From: Sedimentisphaerales bacterium
GTDB lineage: Bacteria; Planctomycetota; Phycisphaerae; Sedimentisphaerales; SM23-30
Assembly (NCBI GenBank): GCA_963663805.2
Contig: CAXXMR010000016.1
Coordinates: 1-22,712 of the forward strand
DNA: 22,712 nucleotides
Reading direction: 5' to 3'
Under the pieces are notes generated by a model. It made no database searches, had not been told where the DNA came from, and saw only the letters and a list, made by a program, of their open reading frames with translations. A program made the position numbers and the translations under genes. Below, in pieces: positions 1 through 9,793 of the stretch; the first letter of the stretch is position 1; each line of letters opens with the position of its first letter.

Positions 1-1685
1 TGGCCGGTAGTATCGGCGTAAATCTGAGCTATTTCTGTCGCAGAAAGAGGATAGCTGTAGTAACATACATCATCCAGCAACCCCTTGAAAGGATTGAAGA
101 ATCCACTGGAGGTGTTCCAGTCGCTCCCCATAATAAATTCTGCGTTACGAGTATCGAAAGCATAAGGCACGTTTGTGTCTGCGGCAGCCTGAACTCCATT
201 GACATATAACTTTATGGTCCCCAGGACTTCATCTTCTGAGACTCCGGTTTGCTCGAAACTGGCAACCACATATGTCCACTGGTTAGTTACTACCTCCGGA
301 CCATCAATAAGGCTGGTACCGCTACCTGAGCCGACGGAAAAAGCCCAGTTGTCGTAACCGCGAATATACACATTGAATCCGGCATTAGGACCAGTGTCAC
401 GGTTGCATACAGCAACTCTCGTTATGCCGTCATTACCAGAAATAACATTCGCCCAAAAGGCAACGCTAAAATTCACGCCGTTCAGGGACATTTGATAAGG
501 CACTGTGACCTCATCATTGACCAAATCGTACTGAAGTGCGTAACTATCGATAATTTTGTTTTCGCTATCATATACGGCAGTGCTTACTCTGGTGCCATTA
601 TAACCGCTGACAGAATCATTGAGATCGTTTTCATAGTTCCATCTGGAAACCATGCGTCTGGTCATGAGAACCGCGGCGTTTGAAGTTACGGTAACATGGC
701 CGGAATCAATTACACAATAGTAATACCCTTCATCGGCGATTTGTACATTGCTAAGTAATAAAGTAGCGGCACCAGAAGCTATAGCAGCATCCCCGGCAGG
801 CACAAGATTGGGATCTGAAGATTTATACCAGGAATAATCCGAAGCATTTAATACTTCAACATCAAAAGTCACATTATCACCGACATCTGCCAAAGCATTC
901 TCAGGTTGAGAGGTTACAATCGGAGCCGCAGAAGTATCCACGTAAAGATCATAAATCTCCGAGTCTGTCATAAAATTGTCATAAAGCCGAACATCATCCA
1001 GATAACCATAAATACTGTCTTTATAAACACTGTTGAAAATAGTTACACCGATGGTTATGGGATTGCTGGAAGAGCTTAAAATCGCTTCCTGAGCATCCTG
1101 ATACCGATTGGCAACCAGCTGGCCGTCAATGTACAGCTTTCCTCTGGCGTTACCATCAACACCGTAAACGCTGGCCGAGGCATAAGTACACACTATATGA
1201 TGCCATTGACCGTCAGTGACTGGCTGGCCCGTAGCTACAGCATAATACCCACCGTTACGGTAGAAGAAACACATATGTCCGGTTGTACCGCCAAAACGAC
1301 CCGCCGCCCAACCTACGCCGTCACCTTGGGTCCCGGAGACTCCTATCTTGCTAACCATACAGTCCCAATAGGGAAAAGCAGTGGGAGTCTCGGCTTTGTA
1401 CCAGACCGACACGGTTAACGCCGTCGGCCCGTCAAGCAGGGACTCACTGCCGGGAATCACCACTCCATCATCTCCGCCCGGAGCACCATGGCTGGTAAGC
1501 TGGAGACACTGACTGCCGCCGTCACCGCCATAATTACTGCTTCCATAAGCAATAGTGTTGACAGCCTGTCCGGGATAGTTCCCCAAGGCATCATCTAGAT
1601 TCCCTTCAAATTGATAGTGAGCTACCAATTCGGCTTTTGCTGAAATACACAAAACAGGAATTAACATAATCAGAAACTTTTTCAT
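1..1685 (-). CDS. Secreted LamG-like jellyroll / Ig-like / LamG protein (3' end beyond window edge; absent from ORF track)
   Basis: Manual translation from ATG at 1685 (RBS AAGGAG upstream) is open to base 1. It reads signal peptide MKKFLIMLIPVLCISAKA, LamG1 (LVAHYQFEGNLDD...WHHIVCTY...LYIDGQL...GYLDDVRLYD), Ig-like domain (PIVTSQP...YSWYK...LSNVQIADEGYYYC) and LamG2 (WTYVVASF...LYVNG...FKGLLDDVCYYSYPLS). Confidence 0.9.
   Translation of the reverse strand, partial: MKKFLIMLIPVLCISAKAELVAHYQFEGNLDDALGNYPGQAVNTIAYGSSNYGGDGGSQCLQLTSHGAPGGDDGVVIPGSESLLDGPTALTVSVWYKAETPTAFPYWDCMVSKIGVSGTQGDGVGWAAGRFGGTTGHMCFFYRNGGYYAVATGQPVTDGQWHHIVCTYASASVYGVDGNARGKLYIDGQLVANRYQDAQEAILSSSSNPITIGVTIFNSVYKDSIYGYLDDVRLYDNFMTDSEIYDLYVDTSAAPIVTSQPENALADVGDNVTFDVEVLNASDYSWYKSSDPNLVPAGDAAIASGAATLLLSNVQIADEGYYYCVIDSGHVTVTSNAAVLMTRRMVSRWNYENDLNDSVSGYNGTRVSTAVYDSENKIIDSYALQYDLVNDEVTVPYQMSLNGVNFSVAFWANVISGNDGITRVAVCNRDTGPNAGFNVYIRGYDNWAFSVGSGSGTSLIDGPEVVTNQWTYVVASFEQTGVSEDEVLGTIKLYVNGVQAAADTNVPYAFDTRNAEFIMGSDWNTSSGFFNPFKGLLDDVCYYSYPLSATEIAQIYADTTG
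942..1628 (-). repeat. Duplicated LamG domain, copy A (copy B at 8895-9581)
   Basis: Ungapped alignment at offset 7953. About 178/229 aa are identical by hand count. A 31-nt identical run lies at 1459-1489 and 9412-9442. Confidence 0.95.
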
Positions 1686-1803
1686 CGTCTTCTCCTTAAA
1701 ATATAAAGAAACATTAAACAAAAAACCACAGTGAAAGAACCGCAATACTCTTTTTTAAAACAGAAATCTTTATAAAATATCTCATAAATTGGAAATTTAC
1801 GCT

Positions 1804-4251
1804 TTAGTCGGCTGAACTCCCCAATTTAATATCGGTCCAAACCGGCAGATGATCGGAGCTTTCATACGCATCGACCGAATATAAAATATCAGCGTTCACA
1901 ATATTGAGGGATAGTTCCGGTGAAACAAAAATAAAGTCTATTGGTCCCAGCCTTGAAATATCCGCTTCTATGCCACTGCAAACTCTACTGTAATCCCGGT
2001 AAATTTTGAAACAACTGTCAGTATAACCCAGATTAGCAATTTCTGAATAAACCGGTTTGTAGTCGAAATTTATTTGCTCACAGGTATTATTGAAATCTCC
2101 CGCCATCACAAAAGGCTGATTCATGTGCTGTGACAGTTCATACAAAAGAATATTTTGCTGGCGAATATAAGATTTTCTCTGTGCGTCGGCATCAAAATCC
2201 TTCCATCCAGACTCACCCCACCAGCCAAAATGGGTACTTGCCACAGTTACCTTTTGGCCGGGGGCATATTCAACATCAGCATAAATAATATTGTGATAAT
2301 ATTTTATATTGTCATCGAGCCAACGTACGTTTTTCAAGGGGAAGCGACTTAAAATCGCGACCTTAAACTTATTGTGATTAGGAGATATAACAGCGTTCAT
2401 ACCCAGCTTTTCCGCAAAATTGTTGAGCAGTTTATTGTTATCTTCCGTCCAGTACGTACACTCCTGCAGGAAAAGCACATCAGGATTAACAGATTTTATC
2501 ACTTTGATAAGATTTTCAGTCCTGTTACCGGGCAGAACGGAATAGCCAACAGGTTTCATGTGACGGTACCACTGATAGCCTCTATCTGCCTCACCACCAT
2601 AAAGCACATTGTAGGTCATAAATCTGATAACATCTGAAGGTTTAGTAATATCACGTTTTTTGTGATAATTAACATTCAACGCCTCAAGCCTTTGACCATG
2701 AGTAACCATTCTTTGTTCAAAATCATCCCAGTTTTTATTTTGCCTACTAGTCCACCCCACTTCAGCCAAAGCACAAGCCCTGGGCCAAGTCATATATTCA
2801 GCGTGATTTTCACCCCTAATCCATTCGGTCCATACATTAGCCTGCACCCCAAGTACATGATTTTCCGTCTGCTTTGAAAAATCTGCTTTCAGAGGGTCAT
2901 AGCTGTAAATCATATCCAAAGGCAAAAACGCTCTTCCCCCGGCTAATGGCTCCCGAGCGGGATTGTCCTGATAATAATCAAAATAACAATACCATCGCGG
3001 TGTCATTATCACATCATGACCGAGTTCTGCGGCCTCAACCGCGTACTTCTCATCACGCCAGCACATCAGCGTTGCTTCAGAAGCGATTCCACCTTCTAGA
3101 ATTTCATCCCAGCCAATCATTTTCTTGTTATTGTCCAGCAAAAAGCGTTCTATCCGCTTTATAAAATAACTCTGCATCTCATCAACGGTCGTCAGGTTTT
3201 CGGAACGCATTCTTGCCTGACACCGTGGGCATTTTTTCCAATTGTTTTTGAGAACCTCATCGCCGCCAATATGTATGTAATTACTGGGAAAAAGTTCAAA
3301 TACCTCACGAAGAACATTTTCATTAAATTCAAAGACTTTTTCGCTGCCGACACAATAAACATCAACAAAAATCCCCCAATTTCCGGGTACTTCCAATTGT
3401 TCTCCGGAACACGAAAGCTCAGGATATGCCGCCAGGGCCGCTGAACAGTGCCCCGGCATTTCTATTTCGGGAATAATCTCGATAAAACGCTCTTGGGCAT
3501 ACTGCACAATTTCCCGTACCTCGTCCTTAGTATAATAACCGCCATAGCGACTATTTTCATACTGAGGAGAAGAGTTTTTATAACCTTTGCTGATCTGGGT
3601 TTTATTTCGGTAAGCTCCAACTGATGTCAAACGGGGATATTTCGCTATCTCTAGACGCCACCCCTGGTCATCAACCAGATGCCAGTGAAATTTATTAAGC
3701 TTATGTACAGCCATCAAATCGAGTTGTTTTTTGATATACTCCACCGACATAAAATGTCGAGAAACATCAAGATGCAATCCCCGCCATTTGAACCGCGGAT
3801 AATCCATGATGGTAACACAGGGGATTTTCCAATCGATATTATTTCTATTATGACTATTGTATATTTCCGCCGGTAAAAGCTGCCTAAGGGTTTCTATACC
3901 ATAAAAAACACCTGTGGTCGAAGCAGATGATATACTGATTTGATTTGGCGTAACCACCAATTTATAACCTTGGGGATCAGAAAATGAAATTGATTTTTCA
4001 ATTCGCAGAACAATTTTGTTTCCCTGCTGTGCTTGAGAAACTACTTCAAAATCCCCAACAGCTACCATTTTGCCAGCACAGTATTGTCCCAGGCCTACAC
4101 AGCCAGAATCCACGACTACATATGTCGTGTCCTCAAAAGTAAAAACACCTTCATTAATTTGAATTTTTGCAGGTTGAGGCACAATAGAAATTTCAGCACA
4201 GGCCACATAGTACAAAACAAATAAGATAACAAATGACTTCGCAAAATACAT
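1804..4251 (-). CDS. Beta-N-acetylhexosaminidase (GH20) fused to a C-terminal endonuclease/exonuclease/phosphatase (EEP) domain
   Basis: Signal peptide, GH20b domain (IVPQP), then DYPRFKWRGLHLDVSRHF, HWHLVDDQGWR, PEIEMPGH, catalytic HIGGDE and WTEW. The C-terminus has EEP motifs MTYNV, PDVLFLQE, THF, GDFN, IDFIFVS and SDHLPV. Confidence 0.93.
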   Translation of the reverse strand: MYFAKSFVILFVLYYVACAEISIVPQPAKIQINEGVFTFEDTTYVVVDSGCVGLGQYCAGKMVAVGDFEVVSQAQQGNKIVLRIEKSISFSDPQGYKLVVTPNQISISSASTTGVFYGIETLRQLLPAEIYNSHNRNNIDWKIPCVTIMDYPRFKWRGLHLDVSRHFMSVEYIKKQLDLMAVHKLNKFHWHLVDDQGWRLEIAKYPRLTSVGAYRNKTQISKGYKNSSPQYENSRYGGYYTKDEVREIVQYAQERFIEIIPEIEMPGHCSAALAAYPELSCSGEQLEVPGNWGIFVDVYCVGSEKVFEFNENVLREVFELFPSNYIHIGGDEVLKNNWKKCPRCQARMRSENLTTVDEMQSYFIKRIERFLLDNNKKMIGWDEILEGGIASEATLMCWRDEKYAVEAAELGHDVIMTPRWYCYFDYYQDNPAREPLAGGRAFLPLDMIYSYDPLKADFSKQTENHVLGVQANVWTEWIRGENHAEYMTWPRACALAEVGWTSRQNKNWDDFEQRMVTHGQRLEALNVNYHKKRDITKPSDVIRFMTYNVLYGGEADRGYQWYRHMKPVGYSVLPGNRTENLIKVIKSVNPDVLFLQECTYWTEDNNKLLNNFAEKLGMNAVISPNHNKFKVAILSRFPLKNVRWLDDNIKYYHNIIYADVEYAPGQKVTVASTHFGWWGESGWKDFDADAQRKSYIRQQNILLYELSQHMNQPFVMAGDFNNTCEQINFDYKPVYSEIANLGYTDSCFKIYRDYSRVCSGIEADISRLGPIDFIFVSPELSLNIVNADILYSVDAYESSDHLPVWTDIKLGSSAD

Positions 4252-4261
4252 TCAAATACCT

Positions 4262-7201
4262 TTATTCACATTCAACGTTGGCAAAAACAAAACCACAGTC
4301 TTGAGCATTACCTGTTTGAGGGTTAAGTGTTCTAACCAGAAATCCTTTTTCGTCTGACCGATAATAGATAACACTATTGTCGGTAGTTTCACCTATAGCG
4401 GGACGAGTGTTTAGTATAAGAATACTGTTTGGGTTGATAGTTCCGGACATATAACTGATTCGATATGTTCCCGTGGAAACATGCGAAACAGATACTGCGG
4501 CATTGGATTTTAATAACAAGCCGTCTTGGTCAACATGTCCCAAAGTGCATTTTGGGGTATCATAAGGCAGGAAAACATAGGCAAAAGAATTTTCTTCGCT
4601 TTGGCCCTTTTCGGCATAGCTGTCTTGAGTAACAATTTCCCAGCAAAATTCACTGCGAGCGACAGCCACGGCGATATTGTCAGTATTACTCATAGTAATT
4701 GTAAACAAAATTCCATCTGTGGTATTAATTCCATCCAGAGCGAGCAGGAATTTGCCCGTGTCTTTCTCAAATTCACTTTTAATAAGTGCCGCAGGACCGT
4801 TGGAGTGAATTAAATGACCTTCGGTATCGATATACCCTCCGATGAAATCACCTAAGAACGGAAACCATGCAACCGCAAAATCCGCGTTGGTTTCCACATT
4901 CTGCGGTTCTTTTATGACTTGGTGCATGTGAATATGATTATCACCCCCGCTACTGACCGTAGAAAGCAACGGTTCAGGACTGACTCTACGATTTCGGCAT
5001 ATTGTCGAAAGCATTATGCCGGACTTGTAATTAAGTTTCATTCCGCCAACGCAAAAAAGATAATCACCAAAGTTAAAATCATGGGAGGTTAAATGGTTTT
5101 TAACTTTTGTCTGATTAAGATTAAGAATATTTCTATGAAGATTCCAGCCTACCTCAAACTCACCGGCGGCTATATTACTATCGATTTTATCCCCACGTAA
5201 TGGACCAGGATGCCTGGGAGTATTCTCAAAAGGAAGAAAAGCAAAAGCAAAATTGGCATTACCGACATCCTGATAAGCCAGCTCCGGCAGATCTCTGGTT
5301 TCAACAATCCATCCATCTCCATCGGCTTCATAAGTTACCATATTATCAATGGCATAATCTGCCGGCGTGCCACAAACAAGCAGCACTCCGCTTTGGGGCA
5401 TTTGATTTTCTATGGTCAGCCTGAATCTGCCCTTGTCAGAATGGATGACATTAAAATTATCCGTTCCGCTTATAATTCCGCCATAACCTGTAATTACACC
5501 CGCAGCAATACCAGGTGTTTCATAAGGAATAAATACGATATTAAACGAGTCTATATCGGTTTCTTTGCCATCTTTGTTACTTCTACGCGTAATAATTGTC
5601 CAGCCGTTACCATAACCGTTGGCGATCGCCGAGGCGTAAGAGCCACTTTCTGACGCACTACAGGCTAGCAGTACACCGTCACGACGACTATTAACTCCGG
5701 GTAGTTGCAAATGCCAGATTCCGCTGCCAACAACTTTTTCATTACCCGGACCGTGGTATGTTTTATCCGGACTGACCCAGACTAATTCTTGGCCGTAATT
5801 GATATTGGAACTGGCAGTGAAAGATTCCGGTTCGGTTTGGCCTGCTCTGAATGTTACACTCGCTCCGGTCCAACCTTGTTCATAAGGAAAATAAGCTGAT
5901 GCACAATCCGGAGTATAATTACCGCTGACGGATGTTACTCCCGCCGGTATCGGAATAACACGGCATAAAGCAGAATTTAATCTGGCAACCGATGCCATAT
6001 ATGCAGCAATCGTGCCGTTACGATCTTCGTCCGCATTTTGACTGACCGAAGCAATAAAAATCCCTTCACGCAAATCAACGCCAAAGTTATCTATGCCGAC
6101 AAGATAACAGTCTCCTCTTTCTGAATTATCGGCATTGTTTTTAAGGCAAAACCTGCTTGTGACACGTGTTTTATAACTGCTATCTCTAGTGCCATTCAAA
6201 TCTTTGGCTTTAAGATTTGCTATTTCTATACTATCGCCAGAACCAATCACTGTAGGGCTGGAACTGCCATGAGATATTGACGATAAAGACAATGTCGCAG
6301 CGTTTCCAAGTGCTAACAAGTTTTTTTCGTCATAAATCAGATTGAATTCAGCAGGTCGGACAAATTTACTATCGCTGACATTTCCCAGCTCCCGCATAAG
6401 ACCTTGGTTATCTATTAGTCCACCCTGGCCCGCCTGAAGGCTCAGTTTGGCTTTACTGAGATTACTCCCTCGGCCATGAATATTAATTTCTCCTTCAAAA
6501 ACCGAAGCCACAACATTCCCGCTATCAGCAACTTCGACCCCAAATTCTGTTCCAAAATCAATAATATCAGCATTTGGGGTAACAACTACAAATTGTCCGC
6601 TAACATGTTCATTTACACTTACCACAACATTTCCATAATGCAAGACTAGTTCAAGAGGGGATTTGATTGTAAATTTTACAGGTGCCTTGAATACCGCACT
6701 TATGCCGTCACCAAATTCAATTTCCGCCAACCCCTTTTCTAGTGAAAACTCGCCAGCATTAAGGACAGATTGCCCTGAAGGAACTGTCAAGCTGTCAGCC
6801 CAGCTAGCGTCAACACTGCGCTGCAAAGTAGCTACCGCCTGGGCAGCTTTGGGGCCATGATGGAATATCGCGAAGAATCCTAACATCAGAACCGCCGCCG
6901 CAGACATGCCAATCATAATCGCATGATTAATTCTTCGTGACCTAGCAATGTGTTCAGCCCTCTGGAGAACATCTAATGCAGAAGTCACATCTTCTGCCGA
7001 GATATCTAGATCGCCCCGGCCGATTTGTACACCGTTAAGATCACGTAAACCTGACGGCACAAGCAACGCCTCATGATAATACTTAATAAAGTCCGGCTCG
7101 CAATTCAGCAGTTCGCTAAGCTCTGCGATAGCCTTTTCATTGTTGGGCTCATCGAGAATTAACGTAACCAGATAATTTATCCTTTTTTGATTATCGTTCA
7201 T
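4262..7201 (-). CDS. FecR-domain transmembrane anti-sigma factor with a long repeat-containing extracytoplasmic C-terminus
   Basis: Helical N-terminus, one TM segment (AIMIGMSAAAVLMLGFFAIF) and FecR motif (LEKGLAEIEF...FVVVTPNADIIDFGTEFGVEV...VFEGEI). Overlaps the ECF sigma stop (ATGA). Confidence 0.85.
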   Translation of the reverse strand: MNDNQKRINYLVTLILDEPNNEKAIAELSELLNCEPDFIKYYHEALLVPSGLRDLNGVQIGRGDLDISAEDVTSALDVLQRAEHIARSRRINHAIMIGMSAAAVLMLGFFAIFHHGPKAAQAVATLQRSVDASWADSLTVPSGQSVLNAGEFSLEKGLAEIEFGDGISAVFKAPVKFTIKSPLELVLHYGNVVVSVNEHVSGQFVVVTPNADIIDFGTEFGVEVADSGNVVASVFEGEINIHGRGSNLSKAKLSLQAGQGGLIDNQGLMRELGNVSDSKFVRPAEFNLIYDEKNLLALGNAATLSLSSISHGSSSPTVIGSGDSIEIANLKAKDLNGTRDSSYKTRVTSRFCLKNNADNSERGDCYLVGIDNFGVDLREGIFIASVSQNADEDRNGTIAAYMASVARLNSALCRVIPIPAGVTSVSGNYTPDCASAYFPYEQGWTGASVTFRAGQTEPESFTASSNINYGQELVWVSPDKTYHGPGNEKVVGSGIWHLQLPGVNSRRDGVLLACSASESGSYASAIANGYGNGWTIITRRSNKDGKETDIDSFNIVFIPYETPGIAAGVITGYGGIISGTDNFNVIHSDKGRFRLTIENQMPQSGVLLVCGTPADYAIDNMVTYEADGDGWIVETRDLPELAYQDVGNANFAFAFLPFENTPRHPGPLRGDKIDSNIAAGEFEVGWNLHRNILNLNQTKVKNHLTSHDFNFGDYLFCVGGMKLNYKSGIMLSTICRNRRVSPEPLLSTVSSGGDNHIHMHQVIKEPQNVETNADFAVAWFPFLGDFIGGYIDTEGHLIHSNGPAALIKSEFEKDTGKFLLALDGINTTDGILFTITMSNTDNIAVAVARSEFCWEIVTQDSYAEKGQSEENSFAYVFLPYDTPKCTLGHVDQDGLLLKSNAAVSVSHVSTGTYRISYMSGTINPNSILILNTRPAIGETTDNSVIYYRSDEKGFLVRTLNPQTGNAQDCGFVFANVECE

Positions 7202-7728
7202 AACGCATCATCCATGGCGATAGTTTTTTGAATACATTTGAGCAATACTTCCTGTATTTTTATTATAACCTGATATATCCTCTGGACAGTAACGTTTTTT
7301 GATGCAGCCATCTGCTTTACCGGAATCTTTTCATTGTAGCGGGAAAGGACCATTTCGCGGTCGTGATCATTTAGTTTTGTCATACATATTTCCAACGCCT
7401 TCAATCGGGCATAGTTATTGTCGTTTTCTGTAATTTCCAGCCCAAGCCTTCGTATAAAATCATCACAAATAAATTCACGCCTTCTTTTCTTCTTATTGAA
7501 GTATACCAAAACACGATGCCGGGCAACGGTGATCGCCCAGGCCATAAAATTAGTCCCTTCCTGAAACTTCTCGAATTCACTCCAAAGGCAAAGCAGTGTT
7601 TCCTGGAGAATATCTTCGGCTTCATGGCAATCCAGCACAGAACCAAGTATGTAACAATAAATACTTTTTTTGTATTTGCCTATGTATTCCAGGAATCTCT
7701 CAAGTTTGTTATCTTTACAATTATCCAT
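7198..7728 (-). CDS. ECF RNA polymerase sigma-70 factor (Planctomycete/Verrucomicrobia type)
   Basis: Region 2 (EAEDILQETLLCLWSEFEKFQEGTNFMAWAITVARHRV) and region 4 (ALEICMTKL...RY...QMA...VQRIYQ...LLKCI). ATG at 7728 is preferred over the ORF-track TTG at 7752. Confidence 0.9.
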   Translation of the reverse strand: MDNCKDNKLERFLEYIGKYKKSIYCYILGSVLDCHEAEDILQETLLCLWSEFEKFQEGTNFMAWAITVARHRVLVYFNKKKRRREFICDDFIRRLGLEITENDNNYARLKALEICMTKLNDHDREMVLSRYNEKIPVKQMAASKNVTVQRIYQVIIKIQEVLLKCIQKTIAMDDAL

Positions 7729-7791
7729 AACCAACCACGGGGCTCGTTGCAACCAATCGCCGGAATACTATGTGCGAATCAGCTTGTTTTT

Positions 7792-8637
7792 TTATTTCTC
7801 TGGAAGATCAAGTGATTGTATCGGGTCGAAACCTTTATGCCATTGATAATTGTATATTTCTTCCAAAGGCACATTCGTAACGTGTCCGCCTTTGAATAGA
7901 ATATTAATTGCTCTCCCATGTCTTGCCAGTGCCAGCCTGGCCAAATTTACTGCCGCTGACAAGCCATAACCTTCGCGCATCGCACGCCCCTGAACGCCCA
8001 CCAAAAAGCTGCTGTAAGCCACATCGGAAGGCCTTGGGCGAGCATCAGGCCAGCCGCCGTCGGCAAGCAGTGGTACATCATTGCGAGCTTCTGACAGGGT
8101 TTTATAAAACTTATCAGCTTCCGTCGGCAGTAAAGCAGGGTCTGTATCCAGCATCCAGCCGTTGACCGTATAACTACCTTCGATGTTTGTGTCCGACGAG
8201 CCATTCAGAGGCCAACGCCAATCCATTTTGGCACCACCAAAACCTAAATTTGAACCAAACTGATCGCTCCAAGGTTTAGTTGTGGGACATTTCATAATTT
8301 TCATCACACCACGACGGTTATCCTTCTGGTTGTCGGCATCAAAATCTTTGGCGTTGAAATAGGGGGCCAGTTTATAAAACCAGAAATCACCCCCCAGACG
8401 CTCTGCTGTGGTAGTTGCGTATCGCATACTTTTATCATTATTATCCTCACCATAGAGTGCCCAGGCCAGCCCAAACTGACGCAACTGTGAGGAGCAAACA
8501 ACCGTTTTAGTCACTTCACGGGCCTGTCCCAGAGCTGGCATAAGAATTGAAACCAGCAAAGCAATGATAGCAACCACAACCAGCAACTCTACAAGCGTAA
8601 AAGCCGGAAATTTGCCGCATGTTATCCTTTTAGTCAT
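7792..8637 (-). CDS. Prepilin-type N-terminal cleavage/methylation protein (DUF1559-like, H-X9-DG-like C-terminus)
   Basis: [30 protein letters not shown]...[17 protein letters not shown], and [15 protein letters not shown]. Confidence 0.92.
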   Translation of the reverse strand: MTKRITCGKFPAFTLVELLVVVAIIALLVSILMPALGQAREVTKTVVCSSQLRQFGLAWALYGEDNNDKSMRYATTTAERLGGDFWFYKLAPYFNAKDFDADNQKDNRRGVMKIMKCPTTKPWSDQFGSNLGFGGAKMDWRWPLNGSSDTNIEGSYTVNGWMLDTDPALLPTEADKFYKTLSEARNDVPLLADGGWPDARPRPSDVAYSSFLVGVQGRAMREGYGLSAAVNLARLALARHGRAINILFKGGHVTNVPLEEIYNYQWHKGFDPIQSLDLPEK

Positions 8638-8720
8638 TTAAAACTCCCTAAAACAAAACTTTCCTGTTTTTTTAATCGTACCTTATTCGAAAACTATTTA
8701 TCAACAATTTTGTCTTAATA

Positions 8721-8763
8721 AAAGGAGTGATACGCACCAGACCACGATGCCTACCACTCCTTT
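8721..8763 (-). terminator. Intergenic stem-loop (terminator-like or mRNA stabiliser) after the PEP-CTERM gene
   Basis: AAAGGAGTG (8721-8729) pairs with CACTCCTTT (8755-8763), with an imperfect inner stem. A short U-run follows on the minus strand. Confidence 0.55.
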
Positions 8764-8804
8764 ATAAACTGCTATCCTTCTCAAATGGTAGAGGTCATTC
8801 TGAG

Positions 8805-9644
8805 TTACCTGTTCTTACGACTAAAACGTGCACAAAAGCCCGCTCCCGTTGCTAAAAGCAGCATAGCTATCGGCTCTGGAACATTGGTTGCCTGATATAA
8901 TGCCAGAATATCAGCATCGGACATAAAATTATCATACAATCTAACATCATCCAGGCGACCATAAATACCATCCTTGTATATACCGTTAAAAATAGTTACA
9001 CCTATGGTTATCGGACTGCTGGAGGAGCTTAAAATTGCTTCTTTCTCATCCTGATAACGATTGGCAACAAGTTGGCCGTCAATATATATCCGTCCTCTGG
9101 CCTTACCATCAACACCATAAATGCTGGCTGAGGCATAAGTACATACTATATTATGCCATTCACCATCAGTAATTGACTGGCCCGACGCTACGGGATAGTA
9201 CCCATCATTACGGTAGAAAAAACTTACCTGCCCAGAACTACCACCAAAACGACCTGCCGCCCAGCCCAAACCGTCGCCTTTGGTGCCTAGAGGACCTATT
9301 TTGCTTACCATACTGTCCCAATAGGGAAAACTTGTAGGAGTTTCAGCTTTGTACCATACCGAAACCGTCATCTCTGTCGGTCCGTCAAGCAGAGACTCAC
9401 TACCGGTAACAACCACTCCATCATCTCCGCCCGGAGCACCATTGCTGGTAAGCAGAAGACATTGGCTTCCGCTATTACCACCGTAAATACTGCTGCCATA
9501 ACCAATTGTTCCAACAGCAGTCCCATCATAATTCCCTACGGAATCATCAAGATTCCCCTCAAACTCCCAATGAGCTACCAAGCTCGCTTGAGCCATAACT
9601 GCCAATGTCGCCACCAATACTGCTGCCAAGCTTCCAGTTTTCAT
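8805..9644 (-). CDS. LamG-like jellyroll domain PEP-CTERM surface protein
   Basis: Signal peptide, LamG motifs (WHNIVCTY, IYIDGQL, GRLDDVRLYD), then VPEP, a hydrophobic segment and basic tail RFSRKNR. RBS AAGGAG. Confidence 0.92.
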   Translation of the reverse strand: MKTGSLAAVLVATLAVMAQASLVAHWEFEGNLDDSVGNYDGTAVGTIGYGSSIYGGNSGSQCLLLTSNGAPGGDDGVVVTGSESLLDGPTEMTVSVWYKAETPTSFPYWDSMVSKIGPLGTKGDGLGWAAGRFGGSSGQVSFFYRNDGYYPVASGQSITDGEWHNIVCTYASASIYGVDGKARGRIYIDGQLVANRYQDEKEAILSSSSSPITIGVTIFNGIYKDGIYGRLDDVRLYDNFMSDADILALYQATNVPEPIAMLLLATGAGFCARFSRKNR

Positions 9645-9793
9645 TACCTTCTCCTTCTGCCGAAACGATCGACGGTTTTACCCCTGCTAAAAAGGCCACA
9701 CAACCTCTTACTAAGAATGCAGGATACTTCACTATTAAAACAGAACAGACTTGGTCTTTTTTAAAGTGTTTTTTTACCAAATTCCATTTCCCT

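Noticed and set aside
942..9581. LamG duplication as a diversity-generating retroelement TR/VR pair
   Set aside because: In the segment I compared at nucleotide level, mismatches involve all bases and many synonymous positions rather than adenines only. Both copies are coding, the repeat is about 690 nt, and there is no reverse transcriptase in the window.
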